A program made the position numbers and the translations under genes. From Lama glama (taxonomy: Eukaryota), in assembly GCA_028534125.1 (NCBI GenBank), contig CM052816.1, positions 47,680,001-47,744,000 on the forward strand: a stretch of DNA of 64,000 nucleotides, read 5' to 3'. Each line of letters begins with the position of its first letter. Positions within the stretch are counted from its first letter, which is position 1. The notes beneath the pieces were generated by a model, which was not told the DNA's origin, did no database searches, and saw only the letters and a program-made list of their open reading frames with translations. Positions 61,891-64,000 of this stretch are shown here, in pieces.

Positions 61891-64000
61891 TGATAGTTCA
61901 AAAGTATCATTTTACAAATATGAGGGCGGCAGGTGGGGAATTACAACTCCTTGAGCCTAGCAGTTCTTGAGCTCTAAACTACATGCAGGCACTTTTATAA
62001 GTGCTTAACATGTATTAATTGGCTACATTCATGAACAGAATAGGCTGTAGGCTTGAATAGATATTTGATTTTAGTCTGTTCATTTTTACAAGATATATCT
62101 GTGAGTGATTTACTTTGCACCAGAAACCCAAACCATTCCATCCCATAAATAAGATCAAACCATTTAAAAAAGCATCTGCCTGGAATATGCAAATGATCAC
62201 GCCAGAGAGTTAAAATTTGAGAACCTTATGTGAAAAACACTCAAATTATATGTGGTCGTGATATATATCAGTGAAAGGGCAAGAGTTTTTCACACAAAAA
62301 TATATTAATGCAAGAAAAGAGATGGTAAAATATGTATACAGTTACCCCAATCACTGAGAAAGTGACAGACATATAAATTTCTAAAATCAATAATTTAGTA
62401 AAAAATCAACCTTTATATCTGACCTTCCCCCAGAATAAAAAAGTTAAGGTTAAAATCTCAAGTTCAGTTATTATTTTATGTTACATTTTAAAAAATGTTT
62501 AATGGATGATACATCAACGGAACTTTATATCTCTCTGGCCAAGTATAAAATTTAGATTTCATTTGTCCCTGATTTCAGGAATTTGTGTTACTTGCTATGG
62601 GAAAATTAGACATCATTTGAAGCTCTAATTACATCTTTTTTTTTTTGCCCTGATATTTCTCAGCTGGCTAGTCAATGTCCTTGCCCTTTCCATGTTTTTG
62701 AATGTCAAAAATTAAACTAGATAAACAGCGATATTTCTACATAAGGAAATTTCATGTGAAAAATAGAAAATACTCTCAGTATAACAGATTTCACAATCTC
62801 TGAGTTCTTGTAGCCTCAAGTGATATACTTTATTGTTATCTTAATAATTAAATTTATCATTTAACAGAAGTGTAACCTTTAGCCAAACACAAATAATTTG
62901 TTCTACTCCTTTACTGCATGTGTGTTAGAAGAGTTCTAGTTGCATGGCTAAAATGCAGTATCTAGTGCTTATCTTAAGTACATACAGAATGTTTATCTTA
63001 CAGTATCCCTAAGAAACAAATTTTATTTGGCTATTACTTCAAAGATTATCCCCATAAATACATTAGCCAAATCAATTCAGTCCTACAGTTGTTAACTAGA
63101 AAAACATGAGACTTCTTCTCCCACTTGCCTCTTCACTACATCGGCCTCCCAAGGCCAGAGAGAAGAATGGTACATTATTTAAGAGCAATAATACCCAGGT
63201 TTTGATTTTTGTCATATGCAGCTCAGGAAGCAGCTATAAGAAACATAGGAATCAGTTACTTACTAATATCTAGTAGGTTTAGGAGGTACAATGTGGAAGT
63301 GGAAATTAAATGAAAATGGGGACTAAATGGAAAGAATTAATACTAAGCAAGATTTTGGGTAATGGTGGCCTTGAAAATTGTAAGGAAGGAAATCACTTCT
63401 CATCTGCTTTATGGATTTAGTCTTTTCTGTCCCTGAACGGTAATACTTGCCCTGGGACGGGGAGGTGAGTGTGTGTGAGTGTGTATGTGTCTGTGCTTGG
63501 GTATAATTCAACAGCTACTCACTAAACACTCAGTGAAGATGTCCATCTGCAACTCACACCATTTGGGAGACTGTTGGAGACAAGCTTGGAAAGGCCACAC
63601 CTGCCCTGGACCTTTTTATGAGATCTGAAGTGTAAGCCAAATTGGAACTTCCTTTTTGAGCCCCCGGGGGATTCTTCTAACTCATACTTGGGAGAATATA
63701 CTTCTGGAAGAGAAGGAAATAGATTCTGGAGTAAACTGACCCCTTGTGGATAAGGTATATAGTTTCTAACAGTAATTGGAGAAATTTCCAAGGAAAAATT
63801 CTTAGAAATCTGGAGATAGAATGAGGCTGGAAATGGGCACACCTTCCCAGGAGGACCCTCAGGAAAGGTGGACGTTCTTGGGAGCTCTCCCTTTGGACCA
63901 GGGGAAGCCGTATCTAACATACTCACTTACAGTTCTTTCTCCATTACTTTTAGCTTCTGTTAACCCTTTAGTAAATTCAGATATGACTTAACTTTGGTTG

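Overview
AT-rich, CpG-poor eutherian genomic DNA, most likely from a camelid (alpaca, llama or camel). The evidence is a tRNA-Ala-derived SINE of the camelid vic-1 type and cetartiodactyl-type L1 UTRs. I recognise no host protein-coding gene, rRNA, tRNA or CRISPR array; the window looks like deep intron or gene desert. The ORF track is almost entirely LINE-1 ORF1/ORF2 remnants or chance ORFs. Much of the window is transposon-derived: three L1s retaining their 5' ends, several 5'-truncated L1s (one young, with a 17-bp TSD and a 100-N gap), two tiny 5'-inverted L1 insertions, L2, MIR, an L3/CR1 RT remnant, MaLR/ERVL/ERV1 solo LTRs and hAT MITEs. The most unusual structure is a 201-bp foldback palindrome built from ~28-30-bp subrepeats (6799-6999), which I cannot assign to a family. 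Other points of interest are a recent 161/167-bp tandem duplication, a POU/octamer-rich unique segment at 13.5-15.4 kb, and a few exon-like segments. Repeat family names come from recalled consensus sequences, not a database search, and old-element boundaries are approximate. I cannot demonstrate a new biological system from this sequence alone.
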